63,913 nt of DNA, filler included, from Octopus bimaculoides (GCF_001194135.2; 4 parts of 4 records of this genome joined end to end with filler, not necessarily neighbours in it); one strand, 5' to 3'. Counted from the first letter of the whole stretch, positions 37,897-50,077 are shown. Notes: a model not told the origin generated them from the letters alone. A program made the numbers and translations.

Positions 37897-38314
37897 ACTG
37901 GATGAAGCATTTATATATAGTTAGTAATCAGGAGTAGTATAAGTAGTTGGGAGAAAGAGAGCAAAATAAATAAAAAAAAGGGAAGAGTTTTATACACACT
38001 CATATATACACACACACACACACAATTATACACATATATAAGTACATATATATATACACACATAGATATATATGCACACAAACATTTATACATTTACATA
38101 CCCACAGACATATACATACATAGAAACACATATATATTTATAAAGATATATACACACACACACACATATATAGATTCACGAATATATATGTTTACATACA
38201 TGCATCATCCCATGCTTACTTTGCTCTCTCTTCTTTCCTCCAACTACGTGTATTATTTCTGATTACTAACTATACATAAATGCTTCATCCAAATGTAAAT
38301 TTTGTATTATTCAA

Positions 38315-38415
38315 TTTTCATTCTGAAGAATTTCTAATAGGAAAATCTTTTACATATCTGTCTAACGTAAAACTTTGTTAATACCTTTTAGCAAATGAAA
38401 CACATGTAATGGAGA
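38315..38415 (+). ncRNA. Hammerhead-like motif (CACATG family)
   Basis: TTTTCATT-CTGAAGA-ATTTCTAATAGG...CCTTTTAGCAAAT-GAAA-CACATG-T-AATGGAGA; same family as 29345 and 37794. Confidence 0.65.
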
Positions 38416-38496
38416 ATGAATAATACCAAAATAGTTCTAACTTCTTCTTTTGCTATACAATAACTCTGCAAAAAATATTTGCAACTTCTTCTTGTG

Positions 38497-38540
<44 letters not shown>

Positions 38541-39271
38541 NNNNNNNNNNNNNNNNNNNNNNNNNNNNNNNNNNNNNNNNNNNNNNNNNNNNNNNNNNNN
38601 NNNNNNNNNNNNNNNNNNNNNNNNNNNNNNNNNNNNNNNNNNNNNNNNNNNNNNNNNNNNNNNNNNNNNNNNNNNNNNNNNNNNNNNNNNNNNNNNNNNN
38701 NNNNNNNNNNNNNNNNNNNNNNNNNNNNNNNNNNNNNNNNNNNNNNNNNNNNNNNNNNNNNNNNNNNNNNNNNNNNNNNNNNNNNNNNNNNNNNNNNNNN
38801 NNNNNNNNNNNNNNNNNNNNNNNNNNNNNNNNNNNNNNNNNNNNNNNNNNNNNNNNNNNNNNNNNNNNNNNNNNNNNNNNNNNNNNNNNNNNNNNNNNNN
38901 NNNNNNNNNNNNNNNNNNNNNNNNNNNNNNNNNNNNNNNNNNNNNNNNNNNNNNNNNNNNNNNNNNNNNNNNNNNNNNNNNNNNNNNNNNNNNNNNNNNN
39001 NNNNNNNNNNNNNNNNNNNNNNNNNNNNNNNNNNNNNNNNNNNNNNNNNNNNNNNNNNNNNNNNNNNNNNNNNNNNNNNNNNNNNNNNNNNNNNNNNNNN
39101 NNNNNNNNNNNNNNNNNNNNNNNNNNNNNNNNNNNNCTCTTAGCACTCCACTGGCACGGGTGCCAGTCATCGAATATGCGAATTTTATTCCCTCCAGAAT
39201 AATATCAATGTTTTCTTTGAAACCTGTCAGAAGTGTAAAGATTTGAACAACACGTTTGACTCCATTTCTTA

Positions 39272-39314
<43 letters not shown>

Positions 39315-40242
39315 CAAAAAGTATCCACGAAAGCTATATAGCCTTGTGGACAGCTTATCAGACTCTATACAAAGACAAAATTTAACTTTATACCTCGCAG
39401 ATTTGAAGAAATGCTAGGATAACAAGGTTTAGCAGCTAACGTATAAGAACATTAATGAGTTCGGGTTATCTCCCCTGGATCCCCAGCCGATAAAACTTTT
39501 AGTTTTGTAATAGCCTAACCATATACCCTAATCTCTAGAGTACACAAACTCATACTTCATCACTTCTTACCTCTGCCCTCTTTTGCCCATAAAACTACAT
39601 TCAGCACAACACTTGTGCTGTTCCACTTCCATTCTATGCTGTTTTTTGTTTTGCCTACTTTCTATATGACTTTCTGTTCCAAATGAAGGAGCATTGTCTG
39701 AAATGTTGTCTCTACTTCACAGCGTAATTATACTCCTGTTACTCAGTCAGGAGATAAAGCAGTGTCCAAGACCATTTTTGAGGACGTCTCAGAATGGTGG
39801 AATGGAGGAAGTAGACTCAAACCAGATACCTGGCCTGAATGCCTATAAGAGAGTGAACTCAGCTAAAGGCACCTAAAGCAATGGCTTTAAACTGAATAAT
39901 GTATTAAGTTTACCACCTAAATAGACACCAGAAATATTTCATCTCAGAAAGTAAGAGCCAGAACAAATGCATACCAATCAATGTTCTAACAACTCCACCA
40001 GTCCATTGCTTTAGACTGATACTTCATTTATTGACTCTATAGATAGATGAAAGGTAAAGTTGAACTCAGAACACAAGAAGACACAATATAAACTACGAGT
40101 CATTTCCTTGTGACTTTTTGGGCACTGTATCCTGAAGAAAGGATGAAATGGGTAAAGCTGTAATGCTTTGATTATAGGTTGGCTCAGTCAGTGCATTCTG
40201 GTGTTATACAGCAACATAAAACTTTAAAAGTGCACATAATTG

Positions 40243-40248
40243 TTTATT
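40243..40248 (-). terminator. Candidate polyadenylation signal (AATAAA) of the ZDHHC4-like gene
   Basis: AATAAA on the minus strand about 210 nt after the stop codon; position only, in an AT-rich context. Confidence 0.3.
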
Positions 40249-40458
40249 CTCATTTGCTAGTTTCACACACACACATACACAATACCTGAAATATATACAA
40301 TAGAGAATTAATTCCTGTGTATTTTCTTATTTCAAGTAGGTGGCATAAAAGATGATCTCTATTCCACCAAAGAATCTACATCAGACCTGGGTTTAACTGG
40401 AGTGAATGACCATATGCAATTCCATATTCTAAGGAAAAGAAAAAACTTGATTACCATT

Positions 40459-40788
40459 TCATTTAAATTTATTTAAAATTTTCTTGTGTCTATCAATATA
40501 ATATCTTGGAAAGCAGACTTGTGCAATGTTCTTTAAAATACCAATATCATATGGTCTTGAATTTATACACTGTTTTTTCTTTGGAAGTTTGGTTACTTTT
40601 GAAGAATCACAATCATTTTGATGACAGTTTTCAGAAATTTGGAATGTCCCAAGTTTGTGTCGCTCATTATTGGTCTGATTAGTAAACATTAAATAAATAT
40701 GATACAGTGTAAAGCCAGCAATCAGGAGAGAGAGAACAGACAGTGAAGCCATTAGAAAAATAATCCTTGGAAACTGCATGAAGAGATG
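40459..40788 (-). CDS. ZDHHC4: ZDHHC4-like terminal coding exon 5
   Basis: ttttgacag|CAT CTC TTC ATG...TGA. HLFMQFPRIIF matches ZDHHC4 YLFLTFPRIVF; TTxE-like NQTNNE; PaCCT-like PYDIGILKNIAQVCF. Total CDS 1083 nt = 360 aa plus stop. Confidence 0.93.
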   Translation of the reverse strand, partial: HLFMQFPRIIFLMASLSVLSLLIAGFTLYHIYLMFTNQTNNERHKLGTFQISENCHQNDCDSSKVTKLPKKKQCINSRPYDIGILKNIAQVCFPRYYIDRHKKILNKFK

Positions 40789-41029
40789 CTGTCAAAAAAA
40801 CAAAAAACAACTGATTCAATAATTATAAAATATTCTTGCTTCATTTTCTACAATATTTGTTATGGCTACAGTTGATTATTAGACAAAATAAAATACTCCA
40901 AATTTTAATCTAAATGCAATAAAATTCATAACACTGAGAAATCAAGTTTCAAAACAGCTACATTAATGTCAAGGAAATATTCTAAAAGTTAACCTTATTT
41001 CTCTTACAAGATCAAGAATATATGGAGGG

Positions 41030-41760
41030 TACAGTGTAACTTCCCAGCAAATCCCAGTAACTTCTGCTATGTCTGCAAGGGAGTGTGTGGTCTAGCATTG
41101 TCATGATGAAAAACAATGCCCTTATGATTAGCAAGTGCTGGATGCTTCTAGTGGTCAATCACCACATTTAATTTGTCCAGCTGCTCACAGTACACATTCA
41201 AATTCATGATCCTGTCCATGGGAAGAAATTGAAAGCATAATTTTCTTCAAGTAAAGTCCTGCTTTGGAGGTTATTTGTGATGATTCATCTCACTTCCTCT
41301 ATGATTTCTTGCACATTACATCATTATAGACAATCCATTTCTCATTCAATGTTACCATTCTCTTCCAAAGGATTGTTTATTTACATTTCTGCTATGAGTT
41401 ACAGATGGAAATCCATTGGGTGAGGTTAGCCTCACTCAACATTGAGCTGCTGGCATAACCAAGTTGATTCAGATGGTTTTTCAACACTTGATTTGGATAT
41501 TTGGGGAATATCTGAATCATTCTGGTCATATAATGAGAGTTGGTATCACTGTTCAACTCAAATGGCCAGCCAGAGAGAGGCACACCTTGCACAGCAAAAT
41601 TTCCCAGTTGAAAAACTCGAAACCACTTCTGGTACACAAGTTCCGTAACAGCATTTCCCTGTACACAACAAATATCTTTCTACAGGTTTCTGCTACTTAC
41701 TTGCCTTTTTGTAAATAGAAAATTATGAGTTGTCAATAATGTTCATATTATTTCTTCATT
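41030..41760 (-). mobile_element. mariner transposase remnant in the last ZDHHC4-like intron
   Basis: HHDNARPH motif (about 41085-41108), NHLNQLGY...EANLTQWISIC, and an HTH region QKWF--F--GNF...SG-P. Confidence 0.8.
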
Positions 41761-42748
41761 TTCATGGTGTTTGCAAGCACACAAAAAGTGCTCATTGCCA
41801 GTTCACATCAAACTATGTTGAAGTGTCAAGTATCTAACAAGTGCATATGTGCAAGGAACAGACTGAAGTTAGCTACTTATTAGAGTGCTTGAAGTTTAGA
41901 GTAAAAAAAAAAGGGCTTTTTGGCCAACCCAATAAAATTCATTTTGCCACAAGATACAAAAGCTTATTCAATATTATGAATTTTATTGATGTTTCTGCTA
42001 ACACACACCCTCAATAGTTTCCTTAGATTAGACACCAATGTTTTACTTTGTTATAAATTTTATATGACTGATAATGAAATTAAATGATATAAAGAACAAG
42101 AGAATTGCAAATGTTTTGAAAGGTAATGAAGATTGTCATTATTATAAATCTATACTATAAATTGCAGTGTTCTTGATTGCTTGATTGATTGAGTGTCGGC
42201 AGATTCACTCGAGAACGGTGCAGTGGAATCGCTGTTTTTTTTTTTTTTTTTTNNNNNNNNNNNNNNNNNNNNNNNNNNNNNNNNNNNNNNNNNNNNNNNN
42301 NNNNNNNNNNNNNNNNNNNNNNNNNNNNNNNNNNNNNNNNNNNNNNNNNNNNNNNNNNNNNNNNNNNNNNNNNNNNNNNNNNNNNNNNNNNNNNNNNNNN
42401 NNNNNNNNNNNNNNNNNNNNNNNNNNNNNNNNNNNNNNNNNNNNNNNNNNNNNNNNNNNNNNNNNNNNNNNNNNNNNNNNNNNNNNNNNNNNNNNNNNNN
42501 GTGTTTCAAATAAGTACTGACAATTGAAGGTGATTGCAAAGACAAAGAACTGCCTGTTTTTTTTTAACAGTGAGAACATTGGACAAAATATGTTATTGAC
42601 ATTAATAGTTTGTACCTCAGCTAATTACTGTTGAGAACTGCATAATCCATGTGTCATGTTAGAGATCTAAAAGGCATTTTCGAATTTCATTATTTTCTTT
42701 AATCCAGGCAACGCTGGATATTTCTGCTAGTATTAAATAAAATCTTAC

Positions 42749-42993
42749 CTGTACTAATGCAGAAAGTGAAACTGGAATCATTTTCCCATCAGATTCCATT
42801 ATCATGGCATGAACCATTCCTGAGAAGTGAGCTATGGCTATAATAGAACGTAGTGCCATATAGAAGCCATTCAGACACATCATAATAAGGGTCAACAAGA
42901 AAGCAATGAAATAATGATTATTTAGGGCTCCAATGCAGTTGTTGGTCCAGACACAATGATGGTCAAAGCGATGAACACATCGATTACAAATGC
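42749..42993 (-). CDS. ZDHHC4: ZDHHC4-like coding exon 4 (catalytic DHHC motif)
   Basis: tttttag|GC ATT TGT...GTA CAG|gtaaga, 245 nt. Encodes (S)[24 protein letters not shown], very close to the ZDHHC4 [17 protein letters not shown] motif. Confidence 0.96.
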
Positions 42994-45234
42994 CTAAAAA
43001 CAATGAAAATATAGATATGAAAATTTCAGCAACAAATATATTGATTTCAAATTTGGCACAAGGCCAGCAAGTTTAGAAGAGGGAATAAGTCGATTACCTC
43101 AACCCCAGTACTCAACTGGTACTTATTTTATCAACCCAAAAAAGATGAAAGGCAAAATTGACCTCAGAAGAATTTGAACTCAGAACATAAAGACAGACAA
43201 ATTACCCAGTGTGCTAATGATTCTACCAGCTCACTTCCTTAAACACACACACACACACATTAAAATAACTTCTCATGCAGCTACAATTACAATTCACCAA
43301 CAAACAACAAGCACATGTTTTATACCATCTCAATGAGATTTCTTACTTTAGCATGAAACCATAGATATAATCAGGTGAAATGTGAGATTGTGATATCTAT
43401 GCTATTTTTAAGAATTTTAATAGTGCAAATGGAAATTAGTCACAAATAGGAATAAAATTAAGGTATCTAATAATTAAACTACATTTCCAAGCACTATGAA
43501 AAATTCTTGGTCTAAAATTCTTAGAGACAACAGTGTATGAAGGAACACTGATATGGAGCAAAAACCAATTATCATTTCCTCATAGATTGCAGAAGTTTCT
43601 TGTAACTTTCTCCTTCAAACAAATTAAAACTACTTCAGAAAAGGCTTAGTTGACTAATTGGACACAAAGTACAAATTCTTAATGAACAATTTCTTCATTA
43701 AAAAAATATGATTAATCCTGGCATTGCATTTGATTGAAATAGTCATGCTTTTCCCTCATGCACAATAATGATGGAAACTTCTTTTGGACAACTAATATTT
43801 TCCTTTCACATTGGCAATCATTTCATCAGTGGACAATGTAAATGATCATTGTAAGTGGAGGTAACTTTTAACTGATCTTGAAAACATTTTATTTACTGAT
43901 AAACAACAATATTCAAGCAGTTATCATCAAAAGAAATATTAACATTTGGAGGATTTCTGTTCAACTTTTACCACTTTACTCAAAAACTTTTGATGCCAAC
44001 ATGTTGTTTCTCTTTTTTGTTAAATTTTATGAAAAAGGTAAGACATATTTGTGCCTTTAAATATACTTTTCTCAATACCAATATAAGGTTTGTAGAGATG
44101 GCTTGTTCCTGGAGAAGCTTAATCCTTTTATTTTATATGTCTCAATGTATAAACTTGTAAATATCTAAAAGAAATAGTTTCATTTTCATGCAACTTCATC
44201 ACAACTAAATCAATAGTAACCTAAAATGATTCAGAAGAGTCAGTGCTTAAGTCTGATTTCACAGTGTTTAGTTGATGCAACATAAATTTCCCTTCTGGAT
44301 AGAACACTAGGCTATTTCAATTAACATTCCAATATAAATTTGGTACCTGTTCCTGTCAGCTATCTGAATTGAAAAATGCCTGTAATGAAATATAAATCAA
44401 GACTTCAGTCATTTTACTTCTAATTAAGATAGGATTAGTTTCCAGTAGCAAGTAGGTTCAATGTTATTACATAACTAACTTTACTTGTTGAACAACTGAC
44501 CAGAAAATATCCATCTCAACTACAGCTTTACAACAGATAATAATAAACTATCACTAGTTTTGCTAATGATGGCTGTAATCTCTGTAAGGGTGATAAACAA
44601 TTCTAAACTTCCCCTATACTTCAATATATTTTTAAATGACTTAGAGGGGGAAATGATACTGCCTATTGTCTCCAAATAAGAAAAGAAAAAATACATTAGA
44701 TATAAATACAAAATATCATTCCTTAAATTTAAAGAAACTGGTTGTTCTGACATCAGTCAATTCAATTAAGAACATAAAGTGAGATATATTGGTGTGCTGT
44801 GAGAAGAAATGTCTAACATTTGGAGAAAGATCTATCTCCAGGGAATGGAAGTAACTAGAAAAACAATTTTTTTCATAAAGTTAAAATAATTCTCTTTCCT
44901 GAATTTACTAATTAGGGAAGTAACATCATATCCAATGAAATCTTATGAAAATAGCTAATATTCATTCTATTCACAAGTTGTACTGGGAAGTTATGCATAA
45001 AACTAATCAAATAGTTGATATATATATATATATATATATATGTATGACACATAGTCAGTCAAAGATACATCTGCTTTATTTTAACATTAGTCCATTTTAT
45101 AACAGGTTAAAAAGATCATAAAACTAAATACAATGAAATAAATATCATTAGACAAAATAAGTATCAAATATCAATAGATAACACCAAAAAAATGAATTAA
45201 TAAATCATTGAAAAACAAAATCAAAAACACTTAC

Positions 45235-45539
45235 TACAATGTTTTGACCGGGCTGGTTTAACAAAATTGCAAGTCTTACAAACAGTTTTCTTCTTATAGA
45301 GGACACCATCAAAGGCATAAATCGAAATGAAGAGAGCATGGTTGTTTTGGGTGATTTCTCCAGGGTCTGCATTACATAACTTGTAGAAAGCCAAGAGGTT
45401 AAGAAAAAGCAATAACATGGGAACAAATACATGGTTGTCATCGTGGTAAATACCATACAATATTGGGAAGATATCAATGACAACAATGGCATGACCACAT
45501 AGAACCAAGGTACCAAAGACAATCTGCATTGTTGGATTT
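45235..45539 (-). CDS. ZDHHC4: ZDHHC4-like coding exon 3 (TM2, DPG motif, start of DHHC-CRD)
   Basis: ctttccag|A AAT CCA...CAT TGT A|gtaagt, 305 nt, phase 2 in and phase 1 out. Contains ADPG and CKTCNFVKPARSKHC. Confidence 0.95.
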
Positions 45540-45907
45540 CTGGAAAGAAAAGTAAAATAAGTTTCTTTTAGAAATGTAAATTTGTTTAAAATAATAAAAT
45601 TAATTTATATATAATTTCTTTCTAATTCTATAAAAAATATATATACATGAGGCTGTGCAGTAAGGCGTTTGCTTCTCAACTGCATGGTGCTGGGTTCAAT
45701 CCCACTGCATAGCACTTTAGGCCAGTGTCTTTAATTATGGTCCCATACTGAGAAAAGCCTTGTGAGTGGATTTGGTATACAGAAACTGAAATAAGCTGAT
45801 TGCATGCATACATACATATATACATACATACATACATATATATATTGTATAAATGATCACGATGGGTAAAGCCAAAACAATGCGAATTAATGTAGACTTA
45901 CCTTGTA

Positions 45908-45944
45908 TTCAATATTTCAGGGTTATAAACCCCATTTTCAAGAA
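45908..45944 (-). ncRNA. Minimal hammerhead variant (U3-A8 core) in the PLE terminal repeat
   Basis: Reverse complement: TTC-TTGAAAA-T-GGGGTT-TAT-AACCCT-GAAA-TAT-T-GAA; palindromic ATAT stem III and 3-bp stem I. Confidence 0.5.
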
Positions 45945-47036
45945 ATTGACAAATGTTGCCGGTGTGAGCATGTGTGGAGTGAACATGCGCAGAAACCAGC
46001 TAGTTTCCTGTAACTCCCTTCTATTGTTGATCTTGGGTTTTTTTTGGTGTATGAGGATAGCCTCAGAGATTCTAAGGTTGCCTCTATTCCACTGTGTTGC
46101 CTCGATGTGCACTGTGAATTCCCAGGTCTGGCATTTCAGTAGATATTTCTTCATGGAAGTGTCTACCTGCATGTGTTCCTTAATGCATACATGCAGTTTT
46201 CTTGTCATGCTTCCAATGTAGGATGTGCCACATTTGCCACAGATGATCTCATATATGACATAGGTCTTCTGGCACAATTCAGGGTCAGTTCGATAATGTG
46301 AACTCCTCAGAGTAGTGAGAGGTGTTGTTCTTGGACAGAGCTTTTCTCAGGGAAGGGTCAGTGTGCACTATCTGTATGTCGAGTCCTTCTCTGCGAACTG
46401 TGTGTTGTATCGCTGCAGTAGTTCTGTCGTCAAAAGTGTTGTAGCTTTAGGAAGCATGTGCTGGACTTGGGAGTATGATGGTTCTTCTGGGGTTTATTGA
46501 CCTTGATGTTCTTCAGGTGCCGTTGTTTAGCTAAAGATGGTGGGTACCCATTCAGAGTTAGGTCTCTGAGGAACTGTTTGGTGTTGACAGCTTTGTCAGT
46601 CACGTTGCTGCAATTGTTGTTTATACGTGCAATCTTGTTTCTCATGTATGCGTCTTTGGCTCTGGTGGGCAAGGTTGATTGGCAGTGGATGAAAAGTTTC
46701 TAATAGTGGCTTTCCTATAGAATTTGGTAAATATGGAGCATTCCTCTGTGATCTTGAGTTGAAAGTATGCATTAAGGAACACATGCAGGCAGACACTTCC
46801 ATGAAGAAATATCTACATAAACGCCAGACCCAGGAGTTCACAGTGCACATCAAGGCAACACAGCAGAACAGGGGCAACCTTAGAATCTCTGAGGCCATCC
46901 TCATACGCCAAAAGAAACCCAATTTCAACAATAGAAGGGAGTTACAGGAAGCTAGCTGGTTGCTACCGCAACACTCTTCTGCACATGTCCACTCCACACA
47001 TGCTCACATATATGCACATTGGCAACATTCATCAAT

Positions 47037-47072
47037 TTCTTGAAAATGGGGTTATAACCCCAAAATATTGAA
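47037..47072 (+). ncRNA. Second copy of the U3-A8 hammerhead variant (G12>A)
   Basis: TTC-TTGAAAA-T-GGGGTT-AT-AACCCC-AAAA-TAT-T-GAA. Confidence 0.4.
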
Positions 47073-47218
47073 TACAAGGTAAGTCTAGATTAATTCACAT
47101 ATTTGTTTTTTTTTTTGTGATTTACTTTGCATTTACTTCGCATTGTTTTGGCTTAACTCATGATCTTTTATACAATGTATTCTACACAATGCTTCATAGT
47201 AATTATTCCATTATAATC

Positions 47219-47260
<42 letters not shown>

Positions 47261-48089
47261 CACATACATACATATATATAAATATGTATGTGTATTTGTG
47301 TTTTTCTCCTACCACCTCTTTACAACTGGTGTGTGTTTATTTGGTTTGTTTATGTCTCATAACTTAGTAGTTCGGCAAAAGAGACCAATAGAATAAGTAC
47401 CAAGGTTAAAAGAAAAAATTAAGTGCTGGGGTCGATTTGTTAGACAAAACCCTTCAAGGTGATGCCCCAGCTTGGCCACAGAGCAATGACTGAAAGAAGT
47501 AAAAGATAAAGATATATATTCAATCTACTCAGCTAAGCAAACATGGCAGTATGGTTAAGAAGTAGTTTCACAACTTCACCATTCCTGATAGAATCCTTTT
47601 GTGCAACTCTTGAACAAGAATTTTGTCCCAGCCTTGTGCAGCCTTGAAGGATATACTCAATCCATCACCTAGATGAACACCATCACATGGATCTTGAGTG
47701 TCTTTAGTAGACTCCACTCTATTGCAAGAATTCAAGCAGGTTTTGAGACTGAGAATAACTTTTGCTGGTCAGTCCCAGAAGCTCTAAAATGACTATTGGT
47801 GTTATTCTTCCTCATCTTGCTAAGGTATTAAAAAGTAAAAGAAAAGGAAAAAGCAGCACACTGCTATTTTCACAACTAGTTTGGAATAGAAAGGTGAGCA
47901 AATTACAAGACTTGAAGTCAGTCATTATTCAATCATCATTCCAAGTTGCCAAAAGAGACCCTCACATATGTACAGGAAAAAATTTTCTCTTCTTTAAATT
48001 TTCTCTTCTTTCACCTCATCATCATTTTTCCTATGCTTCCATGAGTTGCATAGTATCTTGTCATTTATAGCACTTTGTTAACTTCTTTG

Positions 48090-48300
48090 TGAGGTCCAGC
48101 CTCTTGGGATCAACTTTCACCTCTTCTTCCCAAGTCTTTCTTGGCCTTCTTTCACAATGTCCTTCAGATGGATTACTCGGCACATTTTTAAAGTCAATTT
48201 CCATCTTCCATCAGCATCACAAGCCTGTACCAGCATATTCTCCCTAGCATGCTACATCTGACTTCTTTTATACGACCTTACTTTTCTCTTAGCCTATCTG
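48090..48300 (-). mobile_element. RTE LINE 3' coding remnant
   Basis: Reverse complement encodes GRPRKTWEEEVKVD. Confidence 0.6.
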
Positions 48301-48843
48301 TGCTTTGTTATTCATACATATTAATATAGTATGTAAGTTTTTTTAAAGATATATATATCCTGTACTTAAACTTGGTTTTTATGTGTCCTACTGAAAGAGT
48401 AAAATATATTTTTAGAATTTTAAATCTATATTTTCTCTTTGGAAAGAATTGTCAAATTAATTAACATATTTGCTAATTGAAGACTGATTTTTTTTTATAC
48501 TGTTTCACAAAATCTGATAAAGAGGTAAGGACAAGTTTTCCTTAAGAATGAGTTAATCCTACACATTTTGATAAAAACAGCTAAATATTAGAATTGAAAA
48601 GGTTTGGAAATTCTACAGTTTATGGAATAGTAACTCAGTAAGTGATTGATACAAATGAATTTGTTTTGAACAAAATGTTGATTTTTGATTATCACTAGCT
48701 GATTAACATCTGGAGTAGGAGTGAACCTAAATATTGTTTTATGAATATGCCCACTCCAATCAAATATGACAGTCTAATAATAAACAATGATGACTGTGCA
48801 TATCAAATAAGTATATTTAAACATATGAAGTTATCATACCTAC

Positions 48844-48917
48844 CTTTGGAAGTATACATAGTGAAAGATTTTTGAACTCCAATCTACAACTGATTTGGGG
48901 ATGAAGAAGAGCAAACC
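48844..48917 (-). CDS. ZDHHC4: ZDHHC4-like coding exon 2
   Basis: ttttag|GGT...CAAAG|gtaggt, 74 nt, GLLFFIPKSVVDWSSKIFHYVYFQ(R). Phase 0 in and phase 2 out, which joins exons 1 and 3 in frame and aligns with the ZDHHC4 IPECLQRAVHGLLHYLFHTRN region. Confidence 0.85.
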
Positions 48918-49089
48918 CTAAAAAATAAAGTTTTAATAAGAATACATTATTTCTGTCTGTTCCAAATTTGATGATGTTAGCAGAGAGTAACTGAAACCAT
49001 ACTTCACATATAGAACTGGCAGATGAACGAAAATAGCTCAGTACTACGAAAGCCTTCGTACAATCTCAAAAATTGATGACAGAAACATC

Positions 49090-49380
49090 ACCATCATAGT
49101 TGATGATTTTAATAGTTACATTGGGGAATATGGTGTACATATATATCATAATCATGACACAAGAAATAGAGTTTCAGGTACCTAAAGTACCCAAATGGTC
49201 TAACTATTTGCAATACAAATTCCATAAAGCAAGTTCAACAACTTTCATCAGCCATTCAAGTGGGCATGGGAACCAGATTGATTTTGTACTTATCAGAAAA
49301 TGAACCAAGCTGATGGTTGAGAACATAAAATCATCCATCTGGTGAGGAATGTATCATTCAGTTTCTATTGGTATCAACTA
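49090..49380 (+). mobile_element. Degenerate RTE APE-domain remnant
   Basis: DFN--IG...RN...SGHGNQIDFVLIRK resembles 7720-7960. Confidence 0.55.
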
Positions 49381-49871
49381 GTACTGTTTGCAAGTTTTAC
49401 ACATTACATGAAGGAGGAAGTGACAGAGAATTATACCATAGAAACTGAACATTTGCACCAAACAACCTGTCACAAGTTACAAATTTATAACCTGGAGCCA
49501 GGTTCCAAATAAGGAATTTGTGACTAGTATCCCTGGATAACACACTGGAAAAATAACGGAATGAACAGGGCTAAGCAACATGTTTAGAAATAGCAAAAGA
49601 AAATGGTACCAGAGTGTAATACTAACTTACTTGTTCAGAAGCAAGATGTTCAAGAGAGAAGCTACATAGAAGTTTTCTGTTAAGTGGATAGGAGGCTTTA
49701 AATTTTGATGAGTATAAACTGAATTAGTATGAACTGAGGGGAAGTGAGACTGGTTTTTCTTTTGTAATGATACAAAGAAAGAGTCATGTAACTGTTATTG
49801 AGACAGGGCTTTGTTATTTTTAATTTTTTTTTTTTTTGAACGAGAAAGTATGATAGCAAGGGTCTTCTTAA

Positions 49872-50077
49872 CACTTTAGCGTTTAAACCAGCCATATCCA
49901 GCCAAAATATTCTACCTGTTTTTTGATAAAGCCTCTTACACCTACCTTACAATGTCATTCTAAAAAAAAATAATCGCATCATTGAAATCTTAAAGCTATA
50001 ATATAATATGTGATTAATTCAAAACAATGTGAATAAATAAGCATTATATTTAACAGAGTAATCTGAATGCTAAAGGA
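49872..50077 (-). mobile_element. piggyBac-like MITE, reverse orientation
   Basis: Reverse complement of the 27378/31452 family; TTAA at 49868-49871. Confidence 0.7.

Larger units (their letters stand above)
45853..47165 (-). mobile_element. Penelope-like element with an inverted 3'-end duplicate (pseudo-LTR arrangement)
   Basis: RT tail ...LTLNGYP and GIY-YIG VIYEIICGKCGTSYIGS-TRKLH--IKEH...ISEAILI--KKPKINNR-E on the minus strand. 45853-46190 is repeated inverted at 46765-47165. Confidence 0.88.

Noticed and set aside
38388-39246. ORFs of more than 200 aa containing X runs
   Set aside because: Artefacts of reading through N gaps; the same applies to all other X-containing ORFs.
39321-39362. 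Hairpin gtatccacgaaagctatatagccttgtggac next to CTGATAA on the minus strand
   Set aside because: No GAAA half follows; not a complete ribozyme, and too short to call a miRNA precursor.
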